64,000 nucleotides of DNA from Microcoleus sp. (GCA_042408215.1 JAYFMW010000017.1:352001-416000), one strand, 5' to 3'. Shown: positions 30,773-41,798, counted from the stretch's first letter. Notes: generated by a model from the sequence alone, not told the origin. Translations and numbers: made by a program.

Positions 30773-31348
30773 CTAAGAAAAAGTTGATGGTATTTTTGCC
30801 ATCTGAAATACCTGTTCCGCAGTAAATTCTAATCCCTCAAAAAGTGAATCTGTTAATAGGGTATCTCCCATATAAGTCTGCGGTGCTGCATCGGGATAAA
30901 AAACTGTAATGCTTCTAGCCTTGCTATCTACTACCCAAACCCGCAATACCTGAGCATCTAAATAATCTCTCGCTTTCGCAGCTAACTGACCGAAAGTTTG
31001 TCCTTGTGAAATAATTTCTATGACTAATTCTGGGACTACAGGACAGGCTTCATCTTGATTCCAGTCAGGAGATAAGCGTTCGTAAGAAACATATAAAAGA
31101 TCAGGTACGGGCACCCAGTCTCGCCCCTTGCGGGTTAATTTTACAGCCCATTCTACACCAATTTCTCCCCGTTCCTCACCCCACTGTTCGAGGAGTTTTA
31201 TTAGGGCTCTGGTGAGGCGAGAATGAAATTTTTTTGGTGACGTCTTCGGTACTGTTTGACCATCAATAAGTTCGTAGGTAATATCGCCTTCTCCTTCGGG
31301 GAGAGCGAGAAACTCTTCCAGAGTTAGTTGAGTTTTTGTCTGGATCAT
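30773..31348 (-). CDS. Uma2 family endonuclease
   Basis: LTLEEFL, YELIDG, VPDLLYVS, PELVIEIIS and Y...V..VWVVD. Confidence 0.92.
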   Translation of the reverse strand: MIQTKTQLTLEEFLALPEGEGDITYELIDGQTVPKTSPKKFHSRLTRALIKLLEQWGEERGEIGVEWAVKLTRKGRDWVPVPDLLYVSYERLSPDWNQDEACPVVPELVIEIISQGQTFGQLAAKARDYLDAQVLRVWVVDSKARSITVFYPDAAPQTYMGDTLLTDSLFEGLEFTAEQVFQMAKIPSTFS

Positions 31349-31537
31349 GGTGTTTTTCTGGGAATAGCACGCAAGTTAGTATTATTTTAGCTGAAATATT
31401 GATTGACATAATACAAATGTTATGATAAGTGTTGGCAAAATCTCAAGTCTTAACTGCCAAATGTGCGATCGCATCCAAATCCATACCCCCAAAAGGTTAA
31501 GATTCTAATCTAACCCTCCTGCAATCATTCACCTCCT

Positions 31538-32521
31538 ATGGCAGAAACCTTATTGTTCAACGCCCTCCGCGAGGCCCTAGACGAAGAAATGGCCCGCGAC
31601 TCCACCGTATTCGTACTCGGCGAAGACGTAGGTCAATACGGCGGTTCCTACAAAGTCACCAAAGACCTCTACAACAAGTATGGCGACCTCCGCGTTCTAG
31701 ATACCCCGATCGCCGAAAATAGCTTTACAGGCATGGCAGTAGGCGCAGCAATGACCGGATTGCGGCCGATCATCGAAGGCATGAACATGGGCTTTTTGCT
31801 CCTGGCCTTCAACCAAATTTCCAACAACGCTGGAATGCTGCGCTACACCTCCGGCGGCAACTTCAAAATGCCAATGGTAATTCGCGGCCCCGGCGGCGTC
31901 GGACGCCAACTCGGCGCCGAGCACTCTCAGCGGCTAGAAGCCTATTTCCAAGCAGTACCGGGTTTGAAAATAGTCGCCTGTTCGACTCCTTACAATGCCA
32001 AAGGACTCTTAAAATCAGCCATTCGCGATGATAATCCTGTCCTGTTTTTCGAGCACGTTCTCCTTTATAACCTGAAAGAAGATTTGCCAGAAACGGAATA
32101 TTTGGTGCCATTGGATAAAGCGGAAATAGTGCGATCGGGCAAAGATGTCACCATCTTGACTTATTCTCGGATGCGGCACCATGTCATGCAAGCGGTACCC
32201 GCACTGGTAAAAGAGGGTTACGATCCAGAAGTCATCGACCTAATTTCTCTAAAACCCCTTGACATGGAGACAATTGGGGCATCCATTCGCAAAACTCACA
32301 AAGTAATTATTGTTGAGGAGTGCATGAAAACAGGAGGTATCGGTGCTGAATTAATTGCCTCAATTAGCGATCGCTACTTTGACGAACTCGATGCACCGGT
32401 GTTGCGACTGTCTTCGCAAGATATTCCCACACCATACAACGGCAATTTAGAAAGACTGACAATTGTACAGCCAGCTCAAATTATCGAGGCTGTGCAAAAA
32501 ATGGTAGCTGGGGGAGTATAA
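31538..32521 (+). CDS. pdhB: Pyruvate dehydrogenase E1 beta subunit
   Basis: [29 protein letters not shown] and PVLFFEH. Confidence 0.96.
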   Translation: MAETLLFNALREALDEEMARDSTVFVLGEDVGQYGGSYKVTKDLYNKYGDLRVLDTPIAENSFTGMAVGAAMTGLRPIIEGMNMGFLLLAFNQISNNAGMLRYTSGGNFKMPMVIRGPGGVGRQLGAEHSQRLEAYFQAVPGLKIVACSTPYNAKGLLKSAIRDDNPVLFFEHVLLYNLKEDLPETEYLVPLDKAEIVRSGKDVTILTYSRMRHHVMQAVPALVKEGYDPEVIDLISLKPLDMETIGASIRKTHKVIIVEECMKTGGIGAELIASISDRYFDELDAPVLRLSSQDIPTPYNGNLERLTIVQPAQIIEAVQKMVAGGV

Positions 32522-32525
32522 ATAG

Positions 32526-32778
32526 GTATTGGTTATTAGTCAGTAGTCATTAGTCAGTAGTCATTAGTTATGAGTTGTTGGCTGAGACCAACGCTCGCTA
32601 ACAACACGAAATTGATCCTAAAGTACGGATGCAAAGATTGATTATTTCTTTCACCTAACAAATGACCCATGACTGCTGACTCCTGACTGCTGGATTCTGA
32701 ATGCTGACCAATAACCAATGACCAATAACTAATGACCAATAACTAATAACCAATAACCAATAACCAATGACTAATAAT
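32526..32778. repeat. Opposed STRR tracts between pdhB and secD
   Basis: ttagtca-type units after the pdhB stop and taaccaa/tgaccaa units before the secD ATG. Confidence 0.8.
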
Positions 32779-32783
32779 TAAGT

Positions 32784-34175
32784 ATGCAAAAACAGCAATC
32801 GACATTAGCCCTAATTTTCGTTTTAATCATAGCCGCTATTACAGTAATAGTAACAATTCCCACAAGGCTAGGATTAGACTTACAAGGAGGGTCACAACTC
32901 ACAATTCAAGTAAAAACTACCCCCACAATTCCCAAAATTGACCAGGGAATGTTAGAAGCAGTGCGGCGCATCGTCGAAAACCGGGTTAACGGTTTGGGCG
33001 TTTCCGAAGCATTAGTCCAAACAGTAGGAGAAGACCAAATTCTCGTGCAATTACCGGGAGTAAATGACCCGCAGCAAGCAGAACGAGTTTTGGGTGGCAC
33101 CGCCAAGCTAGACTTTCGAGAACAATTGCCGGGAACTGAAGCGCAATTAGCCATTGAAAGACAGTTGCAGCAGGAATTGCTGGCCAAACAAGCAGAATTG
33201 AAAATTAGCCCGAATCAGGCAGCAATTCAAGAAAATCAGGCTGCTTTGAAAAGAAGCAATGAGGCGATCGGCAAACTCTATAAAAGCACCGGACTCGGCG
33301 GCGAAAACCTCAAAGACGCTCAAGCTCAACCCACTGGTAATGAATGGAATGTCGCTCTCCGTTTTGATCCTAAAGGAGGCGAACTATTTGCCCAACTTAC
33401 GAAAAATTTAGCAGGAACGGGACGGACTCTCGGCATTTTTCTAGACGAAAGAATGATTAGTTCTCCTGTAGTTGGTGTGGAATTTGCTCAGACAGGAATT
33501 ACTGGCGGTAACGCTGTAATTCAAGGTCGCTTTACAACGCAAGAAGCTAACGATTTAGCCGTGCAATTGCGTGGTGGCGCTTTGCCGGTGCCGGTAGAAA
33601 TTATTGAAAACAGAACTATCGGCGCTAGTTTGGGTAGAGACAGCATTCAAAGCAGTATCACCGCAGGGTTCGGCGGTTTAGTTTTAGTCTTGATTTTCAT
33701 GATAGCCTATTACAGACTACCAGGCGTAATTGCAGATATTGCTCTGTTAATTTATGCTTTGCTAACTTGGGCTGCTTTCGTGCTGTTGGGAGTAACTTTA
33801 ACCCTGCCGGGAATTGCTGGTTTTGTACTCAGTATCGGCATGGCTGTTGATGCGAACGTCCTGATTTTTGAGCGCACGCGGGAAGAATTGCGGGCTGGGA
33901 AAACGCTTTATCGATCGGTCGAATCGGGTTTTTACCGAGCTTTTTCTAGCATTTTAGACGGCAACGTCACAACGCTTATTGCTTGTGCTGCGCTCTTCTG
34001 GCTGGGTGCTGGTTTAGTTAAAGGGTTTGCTGTAACGCTGGCCTTGGGCGTGGCAGTGAGTATGTTTACTGCTCTTACTTGCAGCCGCACTCTGCTGTTC
34101 GTAGTATTGAGCTTTCCAGCGTTGCGGAAACCGCAGTTGTTTTGTCCCGATTTGTCGAAAACTGCTAATAGTTAA
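32784..34175 (+). CDS. secD: Protein translocase subunit SecD
   Basis: LGLDLQGG, RVNGLGVSE, LRGGALP, TLPGIAG and MAVDANVLIFER. Confidence 0.97.
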   Translation: MQKQQSTLALIFVLIIAAITVIVTIPTRLGLDLQGGSQLTIQVKTTPTIPKIDQGMLEAVRRIVENRVNGLGVSEALVQTVGEDQILVQLPGVNDPQQAERVLGGTAKLDFREQLPGTEAQLAIERQLQQELLAKQAELKISPNQAAIQENQAALKRSNEAIGKLYKSTGLGGENLKDAQAQPTGNEWNVALRFDPKGGELFAQLTKNLAGTGRTLGIFLDERMISSPVVGVEFAQTGITGGNAVIQGRFTTQEANDLAVQLRGGALPVPVEIIENRTIGASLGRDSIQSSITAGFGGLVLVLIFMIAYYRLPGVIADIALLIYALLTWAAFVLLGVTLTLPGIAGFVLSIGMAVDANVLIFERTREELRAGKTLYRSVESGFYRAFSSILDGNVTTLIACAALFWLGAGLVKGFAVTLALGVAVSMFTALTCSRTLLFVVLSFPALRKPQLFCPDLSKTANS

Positions 34176-34315
34176 CAGTTGTTATTGGTTATTGGTTATT
34201 AGTTATTTGTTATTTGTTAGCTGCTACCAATAACTAATAACGACTAACTTCTTCCATCCCTCCGTTAAATCCGTTAAATCCGTTACAGAATCCGTTGCCA
34301 ATCTTCCTTCAACTT

Positions 34316-35284
34316 ATGAAATTCAGTGTGATCAAACAGCGATCGATCTGGTGGAGCCTTTCCGCTGCTATCATCCTCGCAGGTATAGCGTCGATGGCGA
34401 TTTCTTGGACAAGTCCCGACATCCGCGCGCCGCTGCGGCCGAGTTTGGACTTTATCGGCGGCACTAGGCTGCAATTTGAGCTCGACTGCACGAAACCGGA
34501 AAATTGTAAACCCATCGATCTTGCTGCTGTCCGCGAAGTGCTGGACACCCAAGGTTTGGCTGGCAGCAGCATTCAAGTTATCGGCAAAGAACAGCGGGGT
34601 TTATCGCTACGAACGAAAACTTTGGATGTGGAAAAGCGGACTAAGTTGCAAACAGCTTTGAGCGATAAAATAGGCGCTTTTGCTCCTAAATCTACTCAAA
34701 TTGATACGGTAGGTCCTACCCTTGGTAAACAATTATTTACTTCTGGATTGTTGGCTATATTGCTTTCCTTTGCTGGCATTACTGTTTATCTGACATTCCG
34801 ATTTCAGTTAGATTATGCCTTTTTTGCTTTTGTTGCTCTGTTTCACGACGTGTTTATTACTGTTGGTATTTTCTCCTTTTTGGGTTTAGTTCTAGGGGTG
34901 GAAGTTGACAGTTTATTTGTGGTTGCTATCTTGACAATCATCGGTTTTTCTGTTAACGATACAGTGGTAATTTACGATCGCGTGCGCGAAGTAATTAAGC
35001 TAAATCCGGGTATGTCGATCGACCAAGTTGTCGATGATGCTGTGATGCAGACCCTGGGAAGGTCAATTAACACGACGATGACTACGCTGCTGACACTGTT
35101 TTCCATCTTTTTGTTTGGTGGCGAAACACTCAAATACTTTGCTTTAGCTTTGATCGTTGGTTTTATTGCTGGTGCGTATTCGAGTATTTTCATTGCTAGT
35201 ACGCTGCTAGCTTGGTGGCGCAGTCGCACGGGCCACTCTATCCCCGTTCCTGTAGAAGTCATCAACCCATCCGATCGAGTTTAG
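34316..35284 (+). CDS. secF: Protein translocase subunit SecF
   Basis: [37 protein letters not shown] and RSINT. Confidence 0.97.
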   Translation: MKFSVIKQRSIWWSLSAAIILAGIASMAISWTSPDIRAPLRPSLDFIGGTRLQFELDCTKPENCKPIDLAAVREVLDTQGLAGSSIQVIGKEQRGLSLRTKTLDVEKRTKLQTALSDKIGAFAPKSTQIDTVGPTLGKQLFTSGLLAILLSFAGITVYLTFRFQLDYAFFAFVALFHDVFITVGIFSFLGLVLGVEVDSLFVVAILTIIGFSVNDTVVIYDRVREVIKLNPGMSIDQVVDDAVMQTLGRSINTTMTTLLTLFSIFLFGGETLKYFALALIVGFIAGAYSSIFIASTLLAWWRSRTGHSIPVPVEVINPSDRV

Positions 35285-35387
35285 TTGACTGTTAACTGTT
35301 GACTGTTAACTGTTGACTGTTAACTGTTGACTGTTAACTGTTGACTGTTAACTGTTGACTGTTAACTGTTAACTGTTGACTGTTAAC
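35284..35387. repeat. GTTGACT/GTTAACT heptamer tandem array
   Basis: Near-perfect alternating gttgactgttaact repeats after secF. Confidence 0.92.
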
Positions 35388-35442
35388 TGACTCATCAAAA
35401 ATAACAAATAACCAATAACAAATAACCAATAACCAATAACCA

Positions 35443-35823
35443 ATGACTAATGAGAGCGATCGAACTTTTCCAATCGAAGTGCAAAGGCTCCACAAATTAA
35501 CAGTATACGGCCGCTGGTTAACTGTCATATTTTTGTGGATTAGCATCGGTTCTTTCAGCATTTGGGGTTTGCGCGATGAAATTGCTTTGTGGATAGAAAA
35601 CTTTACTTGGGCTGCGGTGCGTTACGGTTTATCTTTTCACCTGTGGCCGACTCTCGGTGTCGGTTTGTGTCTGGGAATGACTTTAGGAGTGTTAACTTGG
35701 CAAAGTCGTAATATTGTGCGAGGATTACCACTGCGGGAAAAACAGGGTTTGGAACAACAAGTGCGCCGGATTCGCCAACAGGGGCCGAGTCATCCTTTGT
35801 GGAAGTGGGTTTGCCGATTTTGA
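35443..35823 (+). CDS. Conserved cyanobacterial membrane protein
   Basis: Two TM segments; FTWAAVRYGL and IRQQGPSHPLWKW; co-oriented with secDF. Confidence 0.75.
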   Translation: MTNESDRTFPIEVQRLHKLTVYGRWLTVIFLWISIGSFSIWGLRDEIALWIENFTWAAVRYGLSFHLWPTLGVGLCLGMTLGVLTWQSRNIVRGLPLREKQGLEQQVRRIRQQGPSHPLWKWVCRF

Positions 35824-35945
35824 ATCAGGATTAACCAACAGGAATTACGCACTCCTTACCTAAGAAACCTGGTTTTTGATGATGATTATTAACAGCCGAT
35901 CGAGTATTGGAGAATTCAAGCAAAACCAGCAACTCGGAATTGCTA

Positions 35946-36144
35946 TAAAATGTCAATTGTCAGTCCGATGCTGAGCGCGCTGGTTTTAAACGGTAGCCGA
36001 TCCTATTACATACTACCAAGGTCTACCGCTATATTCACGGAGTTTACAAGAATTCGTTTACTATACGAAAGCAGTCCGAATACTTTTAAGAAGATGCTAG
36101 CGGTTCCCGATCGCGATAAACTTAAAGGTGGGCGGGAGTGTCAA
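35946..36144 (+). mobile_element. Non-autonomous IS200/IS605-like element (left boundary uncertain)
   Basis: Shares 53 bp with 7754-7806 and ends in gggagtgtcaa. Confidence 0.55.
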
Positions 36145-36187
36145 ATCAACAGCGTTGAGCGAACCGGAGTTGAACCGCACAGCCAAC

Positions 36188-38086
36188 ATGAATAAGTCTC
36201 TGAACAAAATTCTGCTAGTAGAGCATGATAGATTGCTGAGTGCGACACTGCTAAAGGTGTTGGGAACACATCACTACACGATCGCTCTAGCCAGCGATGG
36301 ACAAGCGGGCCTAGACTTGGCAACCATAGTTGAGTATGACCTGATTTTGCTGGACGTGCAGGTTCCCAAACTAGATGGAATTACTCTATGTCGCCAACTG
36401 CGATCGCAAGGCTATTGCAAACCAATTCTACTACTGACGGCAAAAGATTCAGATGCAGATGTGGTGGCTGGGTTCGATGCCGGCGCCGATGACTACATCA
36501 GCAAGCCCTGTGCTACGGAAGCATTACTGGCGAGGATGCGAACATTATTGCGACGCAGTAAAGCACTTTCCCCAGGAGGTTCTACCCAGGATTCATCTCG
36601 CAATACCTTGACTTGGGGAAATCTTTGTTTAGATATGGATTCAGGTAGAGTCAGGTTTGGCGAACAAGTCATTTCACTGACCGCGACAGAATATAATCTG
36701 CTGGAATTATTCCTGCGAAATCCCGATCGCATCTTTAGCCGCAGTGCCATTTTGGATCGTCTGTGGGGATTTGATGATGCACCAAGCGATCGCGCTATTA
36801 ACACTCACATTAAAGATGTCCGAAAGAAACTCAAAGCAGGCGGCTTAACGGAAGATATTATCGAAACAGTTTATGGTATGGGCTATCGACTGAAGCCTTG
36901 TCCGCAATCTGCGCCGTCTAGTTCCAACAATCCCGACACCGATCGCACCGGAAAACCTAAATCTCCCGTGGGAGATCAGTCTGCGATCGACAAAGTATTA
37001 GAGCGGTTTCGGGGAGTCTTTGACCAACAAGTTGCCCTATTGGAACAGGCAAAAACTGCATTATTAGCAGGAAATTTAGAGGCGGAATTACAGCAAAGGG
37101 CAAAGAATGAAGCCCATAAATTGGCAGGCTCTATGGCATCTTTTGGTTATCCCGAAGGATCGAAATTGGCGCGATCGGCAGAGCATTTACTAATGAAAGA
37201 TCAGCCCTTCAGCGCGGAAGAAATCACTCGTGTTTCGGAAGTGGTGACAGGATTACAACAGGAATTAGCGAAACCTCCAGTTACGTTAACGGCTTCACCA
37301 GTGCCTACCATTTTATCTCATCGGGTGCTAGTCGTTGACGATGATACTGCCTTGACAGAGCGCTTAAAAGCAGAATCCGAAACTTGGGGATTGCGAATTA
37401 AGATTGCTCCCAATCTTACCGTGGCGCGATCGCGTCTTGCTTTGTCAATGCCCGATGTGATGTTACTAGATTTAAGCTTTTCAGAGACAGAGGAAGATGG
37501 ATTGACGCTGCTGCGAGAACTAAATTCGCGATCGCCTAATCTCCCGATAATTGTCTTTACCGGACGAGACAGCCTTGCCGATCGATTAGCAGTATCGCGG
37601 TTAGGGGCTAAACAATTTTTGCACAAACCAGCCACCACCGAGCAAATTTTTCGAGCCATATCCCGTGTCTTACCCAATCCCAAAACTTCAGAAGCCAAAA
37701 TCTTAATCGTAGATGATGACCCTTTAATGCTGGCTACATTATCCGCATTGCTGACACCTTGGGGACTGGAGGTGACAACTCTAACCGAACCACAGCAATT
37801 TTGGGAACTGTTAATTAGCACTGTACCCGATTTAGTCGTGCTGGATCTAGAAATGCCCCTAGTTAATGGTTTAGAATTATGTCAGGTGGTGCGACAGGAT
37901 GTTCAGTGGGGAGATTTACCGATTTTGGTTGTAACTGCTCATACAGATCCAGAATCCCTGCAACAAGCCTTTGCCGCCGGAGCGGATGATTTTATTATTA
38001 AGCCAGTGCTGGGGCCAGAATTAGTTTCGCGGGTACTCAGCCGAATTAACCGCACTCGTCCCTTCCTTAAGCCTGGGAATACTTAA
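36188..38086 (+). CDS. RcaC-like multidomain response regulator (REC-wHTH-Hpt-REC-REC)
   Basis: N-terminal REC, OmpR wHTH (LTATEY.LL, IETVYGMGYRL), Hpt AHKLAGS and two C-terminal REC domains. Confidence 0.9.
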   Translation: MNKSLNKILLVEHDRLLSATLLKVLGTHHYTIALASDGQAGLDLATIVEYDLILLDVQVPKLDGITLCRQLRSQGYCKPILLLTAKDSDADVVAGFDAGADDYISKPCATEALLARMRTLLRRSKALSPGGSTQDSSRNTLTWGNLCLDMDSGRVRFGEQVISLTATEYNLLELFLRNPDRIFSRSAILDRLWGFDDAPSDRAINTHIKDVRKKLKAGGLTEDIIETVYGMGYRLKPCPQSAPSSSNNPDTDRTGKPKSPVGDQSAIDKVLERFRGVFDQQVALLEQAKTALLAGNLEAELQQRAKNEAHKLAGSMASFGYPEGSKLARSAEHLLMKDQPFSAEEITRVSEVVTGLQQELAKPPVTLTASPVPTILSHRVLVVDDDTALTERLKAESETWGLRIKIAPNLTVARSRLALSMPDVMLLDLSFSETEEDGLTLLRELNSRSPNLPIIVFTGRDSLADRLAVSRLGAKQFLHKPATTEQIFRAISRVLPNPKTSEAKILIVDDDPLMLATLSALLTPWGLEVTTLTEPQQFWELLISTVPDLVVLDLEMPLVNGLELCQVVRQDVQWGDLPILVVTAHTDPESLQQAFAAGADDFIIKPVLGPELVSRVLSRINRTRPFLKPGNT

Positions 38087-38210
38087 AAGAAAAACAATTA
38101 TCGCCTCGATCGAGATGGTTCGGGAGAAGTGATTGCCGAGAATAAGCACTCTGATTTAACGTCCTAGGATTTTGGCGACTATAGCCAAATAGAAAAAAAA
38201 CAGGGGTAGT

Positions 38211-41200
38211 ATGACCGATCGCGACAAAACGAAAGACGAACTGATGGCAGAATTAGAGTTATTGCGCGGGGAAGTCGCGACTCTCAAGCAGACGGGGCGA
38301 TCGCATCCCCAAACCCATCTACCACAGACAACGCCCGAAATGGCAAATTTGACGATTCTCTTAGTAGATGATTCAGAAGTCGCTCGCGCTACCTACCGAC
38401 GATTTTTGATGCAGGATCGCGATCGGACCTACCAGATTGTCGAATTTGATAACGGCGAAGATGCTCTCGAATGGTGTCAGCAAAATATCCCAGATATTTT
38501 TCTAATCGATTACTGGCTACCCGATATGGACGGGTTAGAGTTGTTGCAGCAACTCCAGCAACAAACAGGGCGAAATACCCTTCCCGTGATTATGTTCACA
38601 GGTCAAGGAAATATCCAAATTGCCGTTGATTTACTCAAAAGTGGCGCTCAGGATTATTTAGACAAAAGCCAGATTACCCCTCAAAGTTTGCATCGATCCA
38701 TTAGCTATGTCCTGCGAAATAACCAACTGATTCGAGAACGGGAATGGCAACAACAGCAACAGCAATTCCTTGGCAAAACAGCACTTTCTATCCGCGAATC
38801 AATCAAAATAGAGGATATTCTCAACACTACGGTAAGGGAAGTCAGAAACATTCTTCAGTGCGATCGCGTGATTATTTTTCATTTTTCTCCTGGCTGGGGG
38901 GGGACAGTTGTTGTCGAGTCGGTTGCTGATGACAGTAAGGCTATTTTACCGCTCCAGATTTATGACCCTTGTATTGGGGAAGAGTACGTTGAACCCTTGA
39001 AAAAAGGTTTAATTACGGCAAAATCGGATATCTATAATTCTGATATTAGTCCCTGTCACATAGAATTTCTCGAAAGTTTACAAGTCAGGGCAAATTTAGT
39101 AGTTCCCATTCTCAAAGGAGATGAATTGTGGGGGTTACTGGTTGCTCATCACTGTACAGCGCCTCGCCCGTGGCAATCTTCAGAAATAGAATTGCTGCGG
39201 CAGTTGTCTGCACAAGTTAGTATTGCCCTTCAACAAGCTGATTTATTTGAGCAAGTACAAACGGAACTGAGGGATCGCAAACAGGCAGAAATTGCCCTAC
39301 AACAACTCAATGTCGAACTGGAACAACGGGTAATAGAACGAACAGGAGAACTAACGGAAGTAAACGATCGCCTGTTATTTGCCTTACTAGAAAAAGAACG
39401 CGCCTATCAATTAGTAAAGGAACAAGCACAACTGCTAGACCTGGCCCACGATAGTATTATCACCTGGGATTTAAACTCGGTTATTACCTTTTGGAATCAG
39501 GGAGCCGAGTTGATGTATGGTTGGAAAAAAGCAGAGGCTTTCGGGCAAGATTCTAATACTCTATTGAAAACTCAGTTTCCTCAACCTTTGGCTGAGATTG
39601 AAGCAGAACTGTTAGAAACAGGTTACTGGGAAGGAGAACTAATCCATTTCACCAAGTACGATCGCCAGATTACTGTATCTAGCCGTTGGGTTGTCCAAAA
39701 AGATGCTGCTGGTAGACCGATTAAGATCCTAGAAATTGACAATGATATTAGCGATCGCAAACAAGCCGAGGAGCTTTTGCAACAGAGTGAATCGACTCTG
39801 CGGAGTTTCTTCAATAGTGGCTCGATGATGATGGGAATCGTGGAAATTTACCCCCATGACATCTGCCATATTTCCAGCAATATCGCCACCTCTCAGTTTT
39901 TCGGCACTACGCCCGATGGAATGCAAAATCGTCTTGCCAGCGAGATGGGTATGCCACAAGAGTTTATAGAAATCTGGCTGAATTACTATCGGGAAGCGGA
40001 ACGTACTGGCGCTCCCGTGAAATTTGAATACAAGCATCGGACAGCAAAAACACCAAGATGGCTGTGTGCTACCACTTGCTCAATTGCCAACAGTTCCAGT
40101 AACCAACCCCGATTTTCCTTCGTTGTTGAGGAGATCACCGATCGCAAACAGGCGGAAGTAACTTTACTACAGAAATCCAGACAGGAACATTTGCTCTGGA
40201 GCATTACTCAAGCAATTCGCCAATCTTTAGATCTCAATGCCATTCTGAATACTGCTGTGACTGAAGTCAGGCAAACATTACAAACCGATCGCGTTGCTGT
40301 TTACCGCTTTAATCCCAATTGGAGTGGCGATTTTGTGTTCGAGTCAGTTGGTGAGGATTGGGTAAAATTGGTAGAAGCCGGTATTTGCAAAATCTGGGAA
40401 GACACCTATCTGCAAGAAACTCAAGGAGGTCGCTTCCGAAATAAAGAAAGCTTTGTTGTTAATGATATTTACAGGGCTGGACTTCAAACCTGTCATCTCG
40501 AACTATTAGAACAATTTCAAGCCAAAAGTTATGCCGTTTTCCCTATATTTTCGGGAGAAAATCTTTGGGGTTTGTTAGCTATTTATCAAAATGCTACACC
40601 TCGTAACTGGGAATCCTGGGAAATAGAATTATTGGAACAGATTGCCAGTCAATTGGCCATCGCGATTCAGCAATCAGAACTCTACGAAAAACTTCAGATC
40701 GAATTGCAAGAACGTCAGCAAGCAGCAGCCGTGTTAAGAGAAGCCGAACGACGCTGGCGATTTCTCCTCGACAATGTGCAATTAGTTGTGGTTGGGTTAG
40801 ACAAAACGGGTGCTGTTAATTACGTGAATCCTTGTTTCCTGAAACTGACGGGGTACACTGAATCAGAAGCTTTGGGTAAGCAGTTTTTTGAAACCTTTAT
40901 TCCTCTTTATGAACGGCAAGAAATGACAAGTATTTTATCCACAATATTAACAGATAATGGTCATCCATACTATCAAAATTTGATTCGGACTAAATCGGGA
41001 GAAGAACGATTTATTGCTTGGAATAATACCATCTTAAAAGATTCAGTGGGAAACAGCATTGGAACTATCAGCATTGGGGAAGATATCACCGAACGACAAA
41101 AGATGGAAAAAATTAAGGATGAATTTATTGGGATTGTCAGCCATGAACTTCGTACTCCTTTAACAGCCATTCAAATGTCACTGGGACTATTAAAAACTGG

Positions 41201-41798
41201 GATTTATGATAAAAAGCCAGAAAAATCCCGACGCATGATTGAAATTGCCCTACTCGATACTAATCGTTTGGTGCACCTGGTTAATGATATTTTAGATTTG
41301 GAGCGCATAGACTCCGGGCGGGCAGTTTTGGAGAAAACTGTTTGCAAAGCAGCCGATTTGATGCAGCAAGCAATTGATGGCATACAGGCGATCGCTACTC
41401 AACAGCAGATATCGCTAACTTTTACCCCCACCGATGTAGAAGTCTGGGCCGCAGTAGATGCGATCGTTCAAACCTTGACAAATTTGCTCGGTAATGCTCT
41501 TAAATTCTCGCCCCCCCAGTCCACCATCCACCTCAGCGCCGAAATCCAGACAGACTTTGTGCTATTCCAAGTTCGCGATCGGGGACGGGGGATTCCTGCC
41601 GATAAGCTAGAACTGATTTTTGCGCGATTTCAGCAAGTCGATGCCTCCGATTCCCGTGAAAAAGGAGGAACTGGGTTAGGCTTGTCAATTTGTCAGAGTA
41701 TTATTGAGCGACATGGCGGAAAAATCTGGGCTGAAAGTATTTTAGGTGAAGGCAGCACGTTTTTCTTTACTCTACCTTTACCAAAAACATGGGTCTAA
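38211..41798 (+). CDS. Cyanobacteriochrome sensor histidine kinase (REC-GAF-PAS-PAS-GAF-PAS-HisKA-HATPase)
   Basis: GAF1 IYDPCI...SPCHIEFL; GAF2 WEDTYLQETQGGR...TCHLELL; SHELRTPL, NLLGNA and GGTGLGL. Confidence 0.92.
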   Translation: MTDRDKTKDELMAELELLRGEVATLKQTGRSHPQTHLPQTTPEMANLTILLVDDSEVARATYRRFLMQDRDRTYQIVEFDNGEDALEWCQQNIPDIFLIDYWLPDMDGLELLQQLQQQTGRNTLPVIMFTGQGNIQIAVDLLKSGAQDYLDKSQITPQSLHRSISYVLRNNQLIREREWQQQQQQFLGKTALSIRESIKIEDILNTTVREVRNILQCDRVIIFHFSPGWGGTVVVESVADDSKAILPLQIYDPCIGEEYVEPLKKGLITAKSDIYNSDISPCHIEFLESLQVRANLVVPILKGDELWGLLVAHHCTAPRPWQSSEIELLRQLSAQVSIALQQADLFEQVQTELRDRKQAEIALQQLNVELEQRVIERTGELTEVNDRLLFALLEKERAYQLVKEQAQLLDLAHDSIITWDLNSVITFWNQGAELMYGWKKAEAFGQDSNTLLKTQFPQPLAEIEAELLETGYWEGELIHFTKYDRQITVSSRWVVQKDAAGRPIKILEIDNDISDRKQAEELLQQSESTLRSFFNSGSMMMGIVEIYPHDICHISSNIATSQFFGTTPDGMQNRLASEMGMPQEFIEIWLNYYREAERTGAPVKFEYKHRTAKTPRWLCATTCSIANSSSNQPRFSFVVEEITDRKQAEVTLLQKSRQEHLLWSITQAIRQSLDLNAILNTAVTEVRQTLQTDRVAVYRFNPNWSGDFVFESVGEDWVKLVEAGICKIWEDTYLQETQGGRFRNKESFVVNDIYRAGLQTCHLELLEQFQAKSYAVFPIFSGENLWGLLAIYQNATPRNWESWEIELLEQIASQLAIAIQQSELYEKLQIELQERQQAAAVLREAERRWRFLLDNVQLVVVGLDKTGAVNYVNPCFLKLTGYTESEALGKQFFETFIPLYERQEMTSILSTILTDNGHPYYQNLIRTKSGEERFIAWNNTILKDSVGNSIGTISIGEDITERQKMEKIKDEFIGIVSHELRTPLTAIQMSLGLLKTGIYDKKPEKSRRMIEIALLDTNRLVHLVNDILDLERIDSGRAVLEKTVCKAADLMQQAIDGIQAIATQQQISLTFTPTDVEVWAAVDAIVQTLTNLLGNALKFSPPQSTIHLSAEIQTDFVLFQVRDRGRGIPADKLELIFARFQQVDASDSREKGGTGLGLSICQSIIERHGGKIWAESILGEGSTFFFTLPLPKTWV

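Noticed and set aside
35284..35387. CRISPR array
   Set aside because: Pure heptamer tandem repeat with no unique spacers. No cas genes or repeat-spacer arrays were seen anywhere in the window.
36128..36187. GTG start for the RcaC-like regulator
   Set aside because: It lies in the right end of an IS605-like element; the ATG at 36188 directly precedes the REC domain.
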